From the IMG/VR virus record IMGVR_UViG_3300025736_000012: DNA of 64,000 nucleotides; one strand, 5' to 3'. A model generated the notes under the pieces. That model searched no databases, was not told where the DNA came from, and worked only from the letters and a program-made list of their open reading frames with translations. Each line of letters begins with the position of its first letter. The stretch's first letter is position 1. A program made the translations under genes and the position numbers. Source of the DNA: an uncultured virus (IMG/VR IMGVR_UViG_3300025736_000012) (taxonomy: Duplodnaviria; Heunggongvirae; Uroviricota; Caudoviricetes). Shown one piece after another: positions 21,787 through 30,393 of this stretch.

Positions 21787-22432
21787 CTGGTTAACTGGGC
21801 TTTTTATTTTGCTGTACGTCCTCGTCACAGTTGCAACATTGCGTCACAGTGCTGCTGGATTTGCATCGCTTGAGGGCGGCAACCTGGTATGGGGTTATAT
21901 GTCCGCACTGGCCGTCGATGCAGGTATGGCGCTATCTGCAACGGGACTACGCAAGCGCAAATCGGGTTGGCTCATCATTGGGTTGTTCGTGAGTGGGGCA
22001 GCCTCCACGTATACGCAACTTCTATACGCCATTGCCAATGCCGCGATGATGACCGTCGCACCTGGTGCGCAATGGCTCGGTGTTGGCGCACAACAGATCG
22101 CAAATGCCCGCGTACTCATTTTGCCTGCCCTGTTGCCCGTTCTTTCGATTGTCTACTCGTTTTCGTCAAAGTCAGTGGGTGCTGAACAGAATAGCATTAC
22201 TGTTCAGCAGGTTGCAGAACTTGAGAGAGAACGCGACACACTCAAAGCAGAGCTTGAACATGTCAACAAACTAGCACCACTTGTTGAATTGTTACCGCAA
22301 CAGTCACGAGCAGAACTGTACATGCTAGCAGATGGCAACGGTACAAAACCCCGGCAAGTTGCAGAGAGGCTGCGCATTAGTTTGGGCGCTGCACAGCGGG
22401 GTGTTAAAGCGGCCCGCAAACAAAACTCGTGA
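21767..22432 (+). CDS. Membrane protein (DUF2637-like) with coiled coil and C-terminal HTH
   Basis: About 4 TM segments, ALAVDAG, LPALLP; C-terminal PRQVAERLRISLGAAQR. Confidence 0.6.
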   Translation: MNTLKLNWLTGLFILLYVLVTVATLRHSAAGFASLEGGNLVWGYMSALAVDAGMALSATGLRKRKSGWLIIGLFVSGAASTYTQLLYAIANAAMMTVAPGAQWLGVGAQQIANARVLILPALLPVLSIVYSFSSKSVGAEQNSITVQQVAELERERDTLKAELEHVNKLAPLVELLPQQSRAELYMLADGNGTKPRQVAERLRISLGAAQRGVKAARKQNS

Positions 22433-22463
22433 AGCGAAACGGAAAAGCCGTGGAGGTGATTTG

Positions 22464-22964
22464 ATGCTGATACGCTATTCAATCGGGGTCTTTTTTTTCT
22501 GTTGTATCATTGCAACAGTAGTCGCATTGGCCTGGGGTGGAATCGGTTATGCCCTTGAGGCATTGGAAACACGCAAAGTGGAGGCCGCCGTCGGGGTTGA
22601 GCAGGCTCGTGTTGAGCAAATCGTAACCCAGGGCGATAATGAGCAACAGGCACTTGAACTTGAGAAACAACTAGTACAGGCGCGGTCTGAGTTGGTACAG
22701 GCTCAGGGCTTTCTCGCAAAGGCACAGGCAGAAGCGGATTCTCTGCGAATGCTCACTCAAGCTGCCGCCGCTGCCGTCAATTCAAACACGCAAATTGTCT
22801 ACGAGGTCGTCACCCGCCAAGCCGAGACTATCAGGCGCGAGGAAGGCCAAGAGGATTGGAAAGCCTTCATCAAGGGGCTTTGGGATCGGTATACTGGTTG
22901 TATGATCGGTATACTGATTGTAATTGTGTTGGCTGGTCTAGCAGTGGGGAAGAAGGAAGAATGA
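22464..22964 (+). CDS. Membrane-anchored coiled-coil protein
   Basis: TM segments at both ends, central heptads; GGAGG RBS. Confidence 0.6.
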   Translation: MLIRYSIGVFFFCCIIATVVALAWGGIGYALEALETRKVEAAVGVEQARVEQIVTQGDNEQQALELEKQLVQARSELVQAQGFLAKAQAEADSLRMLTQAAAAAVNSNTQIVYEVVTRQAETIRREEGQEDWKAFIKGLWDRYTGCMIGILIVIVLAGLAVGKKEE

Positions 22965-23860
22965 ACGGAATGCGCCATACTGGTGGGGGTATACAACCAC
23001 CCCCACCAGTACAAAGCAAAGAAAGCCGGACAGAAGACCAGCAAACAAGCGTCAAAATTCCCGGCACACAAGCTGTCTTGGTAAGTACCTCGGCAACTTT
23101 GGCTATATTGTGTTTTATCGTTGCGCCCGCACTCATTGGCGAGCGGATTCTGTTTTTTATTGCTGGTATTATGTCGCTGGCGGCATTTATCTGGTCACTG
23201 AACTATGAATCACGGTGGTTTGAGCGTGTAACGATTGTTGTTCTACCGTCTGCCGTCGCGTGGTTCCTATGGGCATTTACAGATAGTTTTGGGTGGGCAG
23301 TACCAGAATCTTGGCAACCTGGCCCGGCATTATTGGCAATGGTATTGTGTATTTTTTTCTGGTTTCTCACGGTGCTGCTTATCCTGGCGTTCGTTCAGGA
23401 ACTTGCCTACCGCTCTCCATTCCAGGAATACGCGATCTTCACCGCTCTGGGCGAGTTGCTGAAACTATGGGGACAGAAACGACTAGAACATCCCGCGCAG
23501 CAAGAACAACCAGAGCGGCGTATTGTCATCGAGGTTAACGAACAAAAGGCCGGGGGAATTACAAGTCAGATGAACTTATTCCCACCGGTGGGGGATGTGC
23601 GATTTACGTCTCTCTGCCAGATTTTGAATTCTGGAAAGTCGTTAACCGAGGTGAATGTCTGCGGGAACGGAAAGCCTCTTGGCGGGCGTGAGGAGTTGCA
23701 CAAAGTTCAAGATTGGTTCGTTAGTAGGCACTTGGCACGATGGAAAGTTACACAACTCGATGGTGAACCAGAGAGACGGCAGGGAATGATTTTTGATGCG
23801 CTTGGCAAAAAAATCATAGAAAAGGTTCTCGCCCCCCCACCCCACCCCCCTACTGCCTGA
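22961..23860 (+). CDS. Multi-pass membrane protein with cytoplasmic C-terminal domain
   Basis: Four hydrophobic segments; ATGA overlap. Confidence 0.6.
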   Translation: MNGMRHTGGGIQPPPPVQSKESRTEDQQTSVKIPGTQAVLVSTSATLAILCFIVAPALIGERILFFIAGIMSLAAFIWSLNYESRWFERVTIVVLPSAVAWFLWAFTDSFGWAVPESWQPGPALLAMVLCIFFWFLTVLLILAFVQELAYRSPFQEYAIFTALGELLKLWGQKRLEHPAQQEQPERRIVIEVNEQKAGGITSQMNLFPPVGDVRFTSLCQILNSGKSLTEVNVCGNGKPLGGREELHKVQDWFVSRHLARWKVTQLDGEPERRQGMIFDALGKKIIEKVLAPPPHPPTA

Positions 23861-23916
23861 GGTGGTTCGGGAGAGCTAAAAGGGACGCTTAACGAACGAA
23901 CGGATAACGAACGAAC

Positions 23917-24348
23917 GTGAAAACTGTCGCGCACAACCTGGCCTCAATAGCTCTGGCTGCACCGACGGGCCTCATTGCTCATTATTACACCAGTGACGGC
24001 ACTGTAGCGCTTTGTGTTTTCGCTGGTTGCATTTCGGGCGTCTGGTTCTCTCCTGACCTGGACTTGGGCGAAAACCGCAAGGCAAAGGTGAAAAACTTCT
24101 TGTGGGTTTGGTTCTGGTGGCCGTATGCAAAAGTCATCAAACATCGTTCTTTCTGGAGTCACGCGCCGATAGTCGGAACACTCGTTCGGATGGTTTATTT
24201 TTGGGGGATCATCGGAGCATTGGCGTGGATGTTAGACTGGTGGGCTGCATTCGTGGCATTGCCCTACCATCTCATTGCCTGGTGGTGCATTGGGTTGGTA
24301 GTAGCAGATACAGCGCACTGGATGATGGATACGATAGGGAGTAAATAA
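23917..24348 (+). CDS. DUF2227-like metal-binding membrane protein
   Basis: FSPDLD...WWPYAKVIKHRSFWSHAPIVGTLVR...HWMMD. Confidence 0.75.
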   Translation: MKTVAHNLASIALAAPTGLIAHYYTSDGTVALCVFAGCISGVWFSPDLDLGENRKAKVKNFLWVWFWWPYAKVIKHRSFWSHAPIVGTLVRMVYFWGIIGALAWMLDWWAAFVALPYHLIAWWCIGLVVADTAHWMMDTIGSK

Positions 24349-24350
24349 TA

Positions 24351-25070
24351 ATGCAATCTGTAGCAACCTTTCTTGTTGAGGGACTAGAGTGTAAATTACC
24401 AGCAGGGATCGAACGGTACATCGCAACCGAATTGGATACCGTTTGTGCTATCACAGGAGAGAGAATCACGGAAGGAATTCCCTGGAAGCGTGTAATTCCC
24501 TCCTCAACTGGAGAATATCTTGATTTGATGCACGGAATGACATTTAAGTACCTATCCCTATCCGCCGCTGCCGCATTCAAAGGCTCTTGGAATATGGGAA
24601 GTCGCCTTATCTTTGAGGATAGCACGATGTACCATCCCTACATCGGTATGGAGAGCGCAGCCAAAAGCGAACGCACGTATTGGAGCGTATTGGTTCGGGA
24701 GATATGGCCGCAGCGCCAGGGGCAGAATTGTCTATGTATCATCACAGATGACTACAAAAAGAAAATCTGGCCCAGGGCGACAATTGGGCCACTGGGCATC
24801 AATACACCAGTTCTGCTTTATGATTCAGGACGGTTCGTATTGAAAAATTTGTCTATCGACTGGGAAAGACTCATAGAGGTTCTGAATTTTGTAGAGGAGG
24901 TGTACACGCAAGGATTTAGGAAACAGGCCATAGCTGAAAGTCTTTTCTCGCATTATGGCGCTTTGTCCGATAACTTCGACCTGGTGATGGATTATGAGCA
25001 GCGCCTTCAAGAGTTGCGACCATTGCCCGAATTTGCTGTTGCGATTTTGATCGCACAGAAAGGAGAATGA
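24351..25070 (+). CDS. csf1: Type IV CRISPR-Cas large subunit Csf1 (Cas8-like)
   Basis: Degenerate N-terminal Zn finger (CAITG...YLSLSA), KKKIWPRA, GFRKQAI, C-terminal LR..PEFAVAILIAQK; sits directly before csf2. Confidence 0.75.
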   Translation: MQSVATFLVEGLECKLPAGIERYIATELDTVCAITGERITEGIPWKRVIPSSTGEYLDLMHGMTFKYLSLSAAAAFKGSWNMGSRLIFEDSTMYHPYIGMESAAKSERTYWSVLVREIWPQRQGQNCLCIITDDYKKKIWPRATIGPLGINTPVLLYDSGRFVLKNLSIDWERLIEVLNFVEEVYTQGFRKQAIAESLFSHYGALSDNFDLVMDYEQRLQELRPLPEFAVAILIAQKGE

Positions 25071-25071
25071 G

Positions 25072-26469
25072 ATGGAAAGCCAAATTTTTTCACTGGTGCT
25101 GACGGCCCTTGAGGGAATCAGCCACCACGATCCGACGACGGGCAATGATAGCAATACACTGACGTTTAATCGTCAAAAACAGTTCGTTTATCGCAAGCCA
25201 ACTGATACGCCGGTGTTTCGCCACCTGGTAGATGCTATCTGTGAGCAAAATCCGATGCCGGAAACTATTGCCAGTCTGACGAGTCGTCTCAATATGCCAG
25301 AGTGGTTGAGTGTGGCTTATATTCGGCTTTTGCTCGACATTCACAACGCAGGGGATGGCGAGGGCCTGCTTTCCGGTATGGGGCGTTATCGGATGCTGGA
25401 GAATCGGCTACAGACGGCAGCGGTGCGCTGCCACACACTTCACCGACTGTGGGCCATCCTCACCGACGATTTGCAACTCGGTATTCATCCTGCGAAATGG
25501 GATACTCAGATTGCAGCTTTCTGGACATTGCCACCCAGTGTACAGTATCAGATACTCACAGCGATGACTGAGCAATATCGTGCTGCTGCAACACTGGCGC
25601 GGGTGTGGCACACGAAAAACAAGGAACAGGACGAGGCGTATTGCGAAAGGGCGGGTGTAACATTTGCGCCTGAATCCTGGCACACGGCCAGCTTTTCGGA
25701 TGACGCAATGCCAGAGCCAGAGGATCACATTGTGCTTGACGTGCCTGCTGTGAGCGTCAATAGCCTCCGCCACCAACTGGTGCGTGAGCCGTCCTGGTTG
25801 CATTTGTGCAATGCATTGGGAATTGAGCCAGCGGCACGCGGGGAGGGTGAAATACCCATCCACGCTGACAGCATTTTCTACAACGGCGGCAATATCAAGG
25901 CAGGGGCCAAGCAACCGACAAATGCCTTCTTTCTCGGTGATGAAATTCGCAAGGCATATCCGTCGCTTGACCTGCTTGGTGGAGTTACAGCGTCTTTTGA
26001 TCTAGGCGAGAGCAAGTTAAAAGTTTCGGCCTGGATTGTATGTTCTGAAAATGTCGACGCATTGCCTGAATCGTTACGTGACACAGCGCAGTCAAGAACG
26101 AGCGTTTTTGAGATGCTTGACAGTGTGACACGCACTCGCCATGCTACGGCCAGTGGCGAAGGGCAAATGATTTACAACTATGAAACGTTGATAAAAGGTA
26201 CTCAGGTCTACGTCGAGTTGACGCTGACGCCCTACACCACCGCATTGACTCAGGGTGCTCTCGCGGCAGCGGTGGCTTACTACGCCGACAATGACAACGT
26301 GATCGGCGGCCAATCGGCACGCGGACACGGACATGTCACTGTGGATTGGCTTGGTGAGAAACCGAGTGGCGTTGCAGAATATGAGGCGTATCTGGTGGAG
26401 AACAAAGAGCGCCTGTTTTCTGGAATACTGGATGGTACATTGTGTTGTTCGGCGGTCGTCGTAAAATAA
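25072..26469 (+). CDS. csf2: Type IV Csf2 (Cas7 backbone) with an internal helical insertion of about 180 aa (Cas11-like)
   Basis: LTALEGISH, VPAVSVNSLRH, FYNGG, YPSLDLLGG, GESKLKV, QMIYNYETLIKGT, Gly-rich loop IGGQSARGHGHV. Confidence 0.9.
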   Translation: MESQIFSLVLTALEGISHHDPTTGNDSNTLTFNRQKQFVYRKPTDTPVFRHLVDAICEQNPMPETIASLTSRLNMPEWLSVAYIRLLLDIHNAGDGEGLLSGMGRYRMLENRLQTAAVRCHTLHRLWAILTDDLQLGIHPAKWDTQIAAFWTLPPSVQYQILTAMTEQYRAAATLARVWHTKNKEQDEAYCERAGVTFAPESWHTASFSDDAMPEPEDHIVLDVPAVSVNSLRHQLVREPSWLHLCNALGIEPAARGEGEIPIHADSIFYNGGNIKAGAKQPTNAFFLGDEIRKAYPSLDLLGGVTASFDLGESKLKVSAWIVCSENVDALPESLRDTAQSRTSVFEMLDSVTRTRHATASGEGQMIYNYETLIKGTQVYVELTLTPYTTALTQGALAAAVAYYADNDNVIGGQSARGHGHVTVDWLGEKPSGVAEYEAYLVENKERLFSGILDGTLCCSAVVVK

Positions 26470-26666
26470 ATCACATACTCCTGGCGGCAATTTATGCACA
26501 GGTGATGTTAGTTCCTGGTTGTCGCCAGGTAGATATTGCGCGATCATTAGGTATTCCAAAGAGCAATGTGCATCGTAAATTGCCAGTGCTCGAAAAACAA
26601 GGTTTTCTTTTAGCCGAGGATAATGGGCGACTTTACCCATATCGGATTCTAAGTTATAATACGTAA
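26442..26666 (+). CDS. Small winged-HTH regulator (start uncertain)
   Basis: PGCRQVDIARSLGIPKSNVHRKLPVLEKQGFLLAEDNGRLYPY. Confidence 0.7.
   Translation: MLFGGRRKINHILLAAIYAQVMLVPGCRQVDIARSLGIPKSNVHRKLPVLEKQGFLLAEDNGRLYPYRILSYNT
26632..26660 (+). promoter_or_regulatory. Candidate internal promoter for peptide-cysH-csf3
   Basis: TTTACC-17-TATAAT. Confidence 0.5.
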
Positions 26667-26692
26667 AACTGCCTGGAACAGGAGGTGATGAT

Positions 26693-26767
26693 ATGAAAGC
26701 TCTATTCAAGCAAAGACCACCGGGTGGTTCCCCATCAGGGGGAGGAACAAGGGGCCAGGGTAAGTGA
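26693..26767 (+). CDS. 24-aa Gly-rich basic micropeptide
   Basis: AGGAGGTGA RBS; MKALFKQRPPGGSPSGGGTRGQGK*; stop overlaps the cysH start (GTGA). Confidence 0.6.
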   Translation: MKALFKQRPPGGSPSGGGTRGQGK

Positions 26768-27546
26768 GGGCAATTACCATCGGGGATAAAGCGCATGCTA
26801 TGCTGCCAGCGTTTCAGCGAAAAGCTGATCGTGCTATTGATCTGCTTTCATCGTTGGTAGAGCGCGGTTTCAAGATGGGAGTTTCATTCAGTACAGGGAA
26901 AGACTCAACAGTGACACTCGATCTAGTACGGCGGGTATATCCAGGCGTACCCGCTGCATTTTTCAGTAGCGGTATTGAAACTGAATATGATCAATGTTTT
27001 GAATTGCTAAAAAACCATCATCCAGATGTGGATGTTTTCGAGTCTTATAGAACATTGGCCGATCTGTGTCGTGATTTTGGATATTGGGGGCATGAACCCG
27101 AAAAATTTGCCGATGAGGTAGATTGGTTCGCCTTTCTAGTCGGTGAGCCAAGCGTTAGATTTGTCCGAAAGTACAAGTTTGACGTGACCGTGATGGGATT
27201 GCGGGCGCAAGAGAGCGCGGGGCGGCGCTTGTCAAGAAAAGTGCGCGGATATTTTTATCCAGTCAAATTTGAATACCTGGATGGCGTACAGCATCACCAC
27301 TGCACACCAATAGTTGACTGGAAAGATGAGGACGTGTGGGCTTATATTGCGTCACGCGACTTGCCATATAACAAAATTTACGACAAGATGGCCGAAATTG
27401 GCGTACCTAGAAAGCATTGGCGTGTTTCAATTCTTCTTGGAGAGGTTGCCTCGAATCTAGGACGGTACTCTACATTGAAACGTATCGCTCCAGAGAAATT
27501 TAACCAGTTATCAATACACTTTCCTTCGATAAGGAGAATGATATGA
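26764..27546 (+). CDS. cysH: CysH-like (PAPS reductase family) type IV-B accessory protein
   Basis: PP-loop SFSTGKDS, GLRAQES..RR, PIVDWKDEDVWAYI..LPYNKIYD; no C-terminal ECG(L/I)H. Confidence 0.88.
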   Translation: MRAITIGDKAHAMLPAFQRKADRAIDLLSSLVERGFKMGVSFSTGKDSTVTLDLVRRVYPGVPAAFFSSGIETEYDQCFELLKNHHPDVDVFESYRTLADLCRDFGYWGHEPEKFADEVDWFAFLVGEPSVRFVRKYKFDVTVMGLRAQESAGRRLSRKVRGYFYPVKFEYLDGVQHHHCTPIVDWKDEDVWAYIASRDLPYNKIYDKMAEIGVPRKHWRVSILLGEVASNLGRYSTLKRIAPEKFNQLSIHFPSIRRMI

Positions 27547-28283
27547 TCCACCTACCAGAACTTGACCGATTTACCGCAGGATTCGCGCAGTGCAATTGTG
27601 AGCCGTTGCGTGTGACATTTAATCTGCAATCCAATAGTCGGATCGTCAACTATGACCCGATTCATTTCGATGGCCTATTGGCCCGCGCCGTCGTGGAGAT
27701 TGCTACCGAAGGACGACTACTCGCAGATTCAGAGGATGGCTATTGGATACCGTTACCATTCAAGATGCTGTGGCGGGACAAGAATGGATTTCCGCTGTGG
27801 GCTGCATCAGTGTTGTACCCAGCTGCCCAAGCCGTTGAGGATGTGTATGTGCGACACAAGCGCAATTCAGAAGGTTTTTTGCACAACCGGCCTAAACTCC
27901 AGACGCGAAATGGACCGTGGATGGAACGCCGGTTGCCTACGCCCACACGGGTGTGCAGTACCTACAAGGCGCGGTGTATTGGAAACCTGGAGATAGTCCA
28001 AGAACTTTGCAACTATTTTACTCATATAGGCAAGCTGAGACTTGGACGAGTAGCAAGTGTCTTGGTTGAGCAGGCCGGTTACACAGAACGAGACATTGTG
28101 CAACGTAATGGAGCATTGATAAAACCCGTGCCAGCGCAAGCAGATTTGATCCCCTGGTTGCAAAACCCCTCACTTGTTGGTTGGACACCGCCATTCTGGA
28201 AACCGTCACTTTTTGCGATGGGGTGGCGAGCAGGGGCGAAAATTGACACAATGTTTGAATTTTTTACAGACATTCCCTGTTGA
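27543..28283 (+). CDS. csf3: Type IV Csf3 (Cas5-like RAMP)
   Basis: EPLRVTF, PIHFDGLLA, IPLP, WAAS, CIGN..THIGK..GRV, KPVP, PPFW. Confidence 0.85.
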   Translation: MIHLPELDRFTAGFAQCNCEPLRVTFNLQSNSRIVNYDPIHFDGLLARAVVEIATEGRLLADSEDGYWIPLPFKMLWRDKNGFPLWAASVLYPAAQAVEDVYVRHKRNSEGFLHNRPKLQTRNGPWMERRLPTPTRVCSTYKARCIGNLEIVQELCNYFTHIGKLRLGRVASVLVEQAGYTERDIVQRNGALIKPVPAQADLIPWLQNPSLVGWTPPFWKPSLFAMGWRAGAKIDTMFEFFTDIPC

Positions 28284-28374
28284 CAAGCGGCTCTCCCTGG
28301 TGTATACTGTAATCGAATGGCTGGCCGGGCCAGCAGGCGCTAGAGAACTAGGGTCGAAGACGGCCCGGCCAGCC
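28280..28374 (+). promoter_or_regulatory. Promoter plus GC-rich 13-bp stem at the transcript start
   Basis: TTGACA(28280)-17-TATACT; ggctggccgggcc (28319-28331) pairs with ggcccggccagcc (28362-28374). Confidence 0.7.
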
Positions 28375-28394
28375 CATATAATTGAGGAGGTTTT

Positions 28395-28694
28395 GTGATG
28401 GAAACTTTTACAGCAGGTCTTTTTCTCGCTGGCGCAAACAAGGCCGTTATAGACTGCCTGGCCGCGCCGTTTCGCAAAAAGTTCCCCGACCTGGACTTGT
28501 GGTGGCTGGTTTACGTGGCGCTGGTAACAGGTGCGATCCTGGCCTGGTTTGCCAGAGTCAACCTGTTTACTACCTACATTCCCGACTTGCTCGTTGGACG
28601 AATCGCAACTTGTTTGTTCGTCGGCGGCGGATCTTCCCTGATTCACGACGTTTTCAAGAAAGACGAGTTTGAGCTTTTCTCCGATGAGGTATAG
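28395..28694 (+). CDS. Small membrane protein, holin-like
   Basis: 2-3 TM segments, GGGSSLIHD, charged tail; GAGGAGG RBS. Confidence 0.55.
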   Translation: MMETFTAGLFLAGANKAVIDCLAAPFRKKFPDLDLWWLVYVALVTGAILAWFARVNLFTTYIPDLLVGRIATCLFVGGGSSLIHDVFKKDEFELFSDEV

Positions 28695-29165
28695 CAATTA
28701 ACCTTCTAGCGGTCGGCGCGGGCGCGGGCCTGATTCTCCCGTCTCCTTGCCAGCGAAAGCTGGTTGCCCGCGCCGACTAGAGGACGTTTCTATTGGCTCA
28801 CGGGATTGAGGAGATCGAGGTGAACGATGGCGAATAACTGGACACGCGAGTGGCCCACAGAGCCGGGGTTCTACTGGTTCTATGGCACGTGGGGATTTTT
28901 AGGTTATGATGAACCGCTCAGTTTTTTCTACGTCGAGGTCGAGTTGATCGAGGATATTCCGCGTTACACTTGGGGGCGGAATACTTTTTACAATCTTTAC
29001 GATGTAACCGGCCAATGGCAACCGGTGACGTTTCCAGAGCCGCCGGAAAGCTGGAAGGTAACACGTTCAATTCCCTGGAAAGAAGGCGATCTACTACCAG
29101 AAGACGCCATAAGGCGGTTGCGCGATGCACTGCGCTGTTGAACGAGTTACGAAAGGAGGTACAAG

Positions 29166-29354
29166 ATGAAAAAACCTGAATCCGTTTTACTTTTGGCTCT
29201 CGTTGCTCTCGTCCTGATTCTTCTTACACCGTTTGCATCCACACCGCTCGCCGACGTAACTGGCATCACTCCCACCCCGCCTGAGCCGACATTGCTGCCG
29301 CCGTTTGTGCCGTGGGCATACTGCCCGTTTGTGGCGCGCGGGGTAGTGCGATGA
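29166..29354 (+). CDS. Small secreted Pro/Thr-rich protein with a YLPxV-like tail
   Basis: Signal peptide, TPTPPEPT, AYCPFVAR; AGGAGG RBS. Confidence 0.55.
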   Translation: MKKPESVLLLALVALVLILLTPFASTPLADVTGITPTPPEPTLLPPFVPWAYCPFVARGVVR

Positions 29355-29820
29355 ATCCTAGATTAAAGACGACGACCGATGGTAAACGCTTCATCCCCGC
29401 CCCGACACCTTACGATGGTCGCACGATGACAGGGCAGATAATGGGCGTCTATCTAGCCGACGACGAAGACGTGAATTGGATTCGTGGTGCAAGCGGCGAG
29501 GCGATTGGGTATACGATTAGTAAGAGGGAGATAAAAAATGGAATCAGCGACACCTAGTGTATTGGCAATAGTCCTGGTTTTGTATGTATCAGGGTGTGTA
29601 ATCACCGGTTTTTTTCTGATGTTTGACAATGAAGAAAAATTCTTGCTCGCTATCGCGTGGCCCATCGTCGCTGTCATCGGTGTCGCTATGCTACTGGTTC
29701 ATTCGTGTGTGCTGCTATGGAGACTTATCAAGGATACTTGGAGATGGGCAATCTGGAGCTAAATTGAGCCGCCCGCAGCGACTTGACAGGCTGCTGCAAT
29801 AGTTAAAGGAGATGTGAAAG

Positions 29821-30327
29821 ATGGACAAAGACTTACAGGCTAAAATCGAGAAAGCGATCCGCGATGATCTGCCACAACAGGTCGGGGATGTGTTACAGGC
29901 GCGGCTTGGAGAAGTTGTTGCCCTGGAGAATCGAATAGAAGACCTCCAGGTACAGCTAGAGGTCGCCGGGGACAATTGCACACAACTTCAGCGTAATTTC
30001 AATAACCAGAAAAAAAAGGTCGAAAAACTAAACAGCCAACTTGAACTTGCTGGCGACCTGGATGCAAAGGCCGAGGTACTTTGTACTCAAGCGGGCCGCC
30101 TACGAGAGAGGGAACTAGAGATCAAACTCGGGGCAGAGAGGCGTATCAGTAGTACGATGGTCACGGTGCTAGAAACGCTCGTTCGCAATCCAGTTGTCAA
30201 GCGGGCAGTATTGAATCGCATAGAAGACCGCGCCACTGGAGAGCACTACGATCCGGCGACCGGTAAAACGTTTTATAACCAGACCCCGATGGTAACAGAG
30301 ACAGAGGTCGAGGAGACGGTTGAGTGA
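29821..30327 (+). CDS. Coiled-coil hypothetical protein
   Basis: Long heptad region, RBS. Confidence 0.6.
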   Translation: MDKDLQAKIEKAIRDDLPQQVGDVLQARLGEVVALENRIEDLQVQLEVAGDNCTQLQRNFNNQKKKVEKLNSQLELAGDLDAKAEVLCTQAGRLRERELEIKLGAERRISSTMVTVLETLVRNPVVKRAVLNRIEDRATGEHYDPATGKTFYNQTPMVTETEVEETVE

Positions 30328-30393
30328 CTTGATGGACTGTCGCCGAAGCGCCGTCTGAGAATAGCGCGAGAGGTTTTTGTTATCTGGAGCATT

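Noticed and set aside
23860..23916. taacgaacgaacg twice upstream of the DUF2227-like/csf genes as a mini CRISPR array
   Set aside because: Only 13 bp with a gap of about 2 nt; no repeat-spacer geometry
26764..27546. cysH as an auxiliary sulfur-assimilation gene
   Set aside because: It lacks the catalytic C-terminal ECG(L/I)H motif and is embedded between csf2 and csf3
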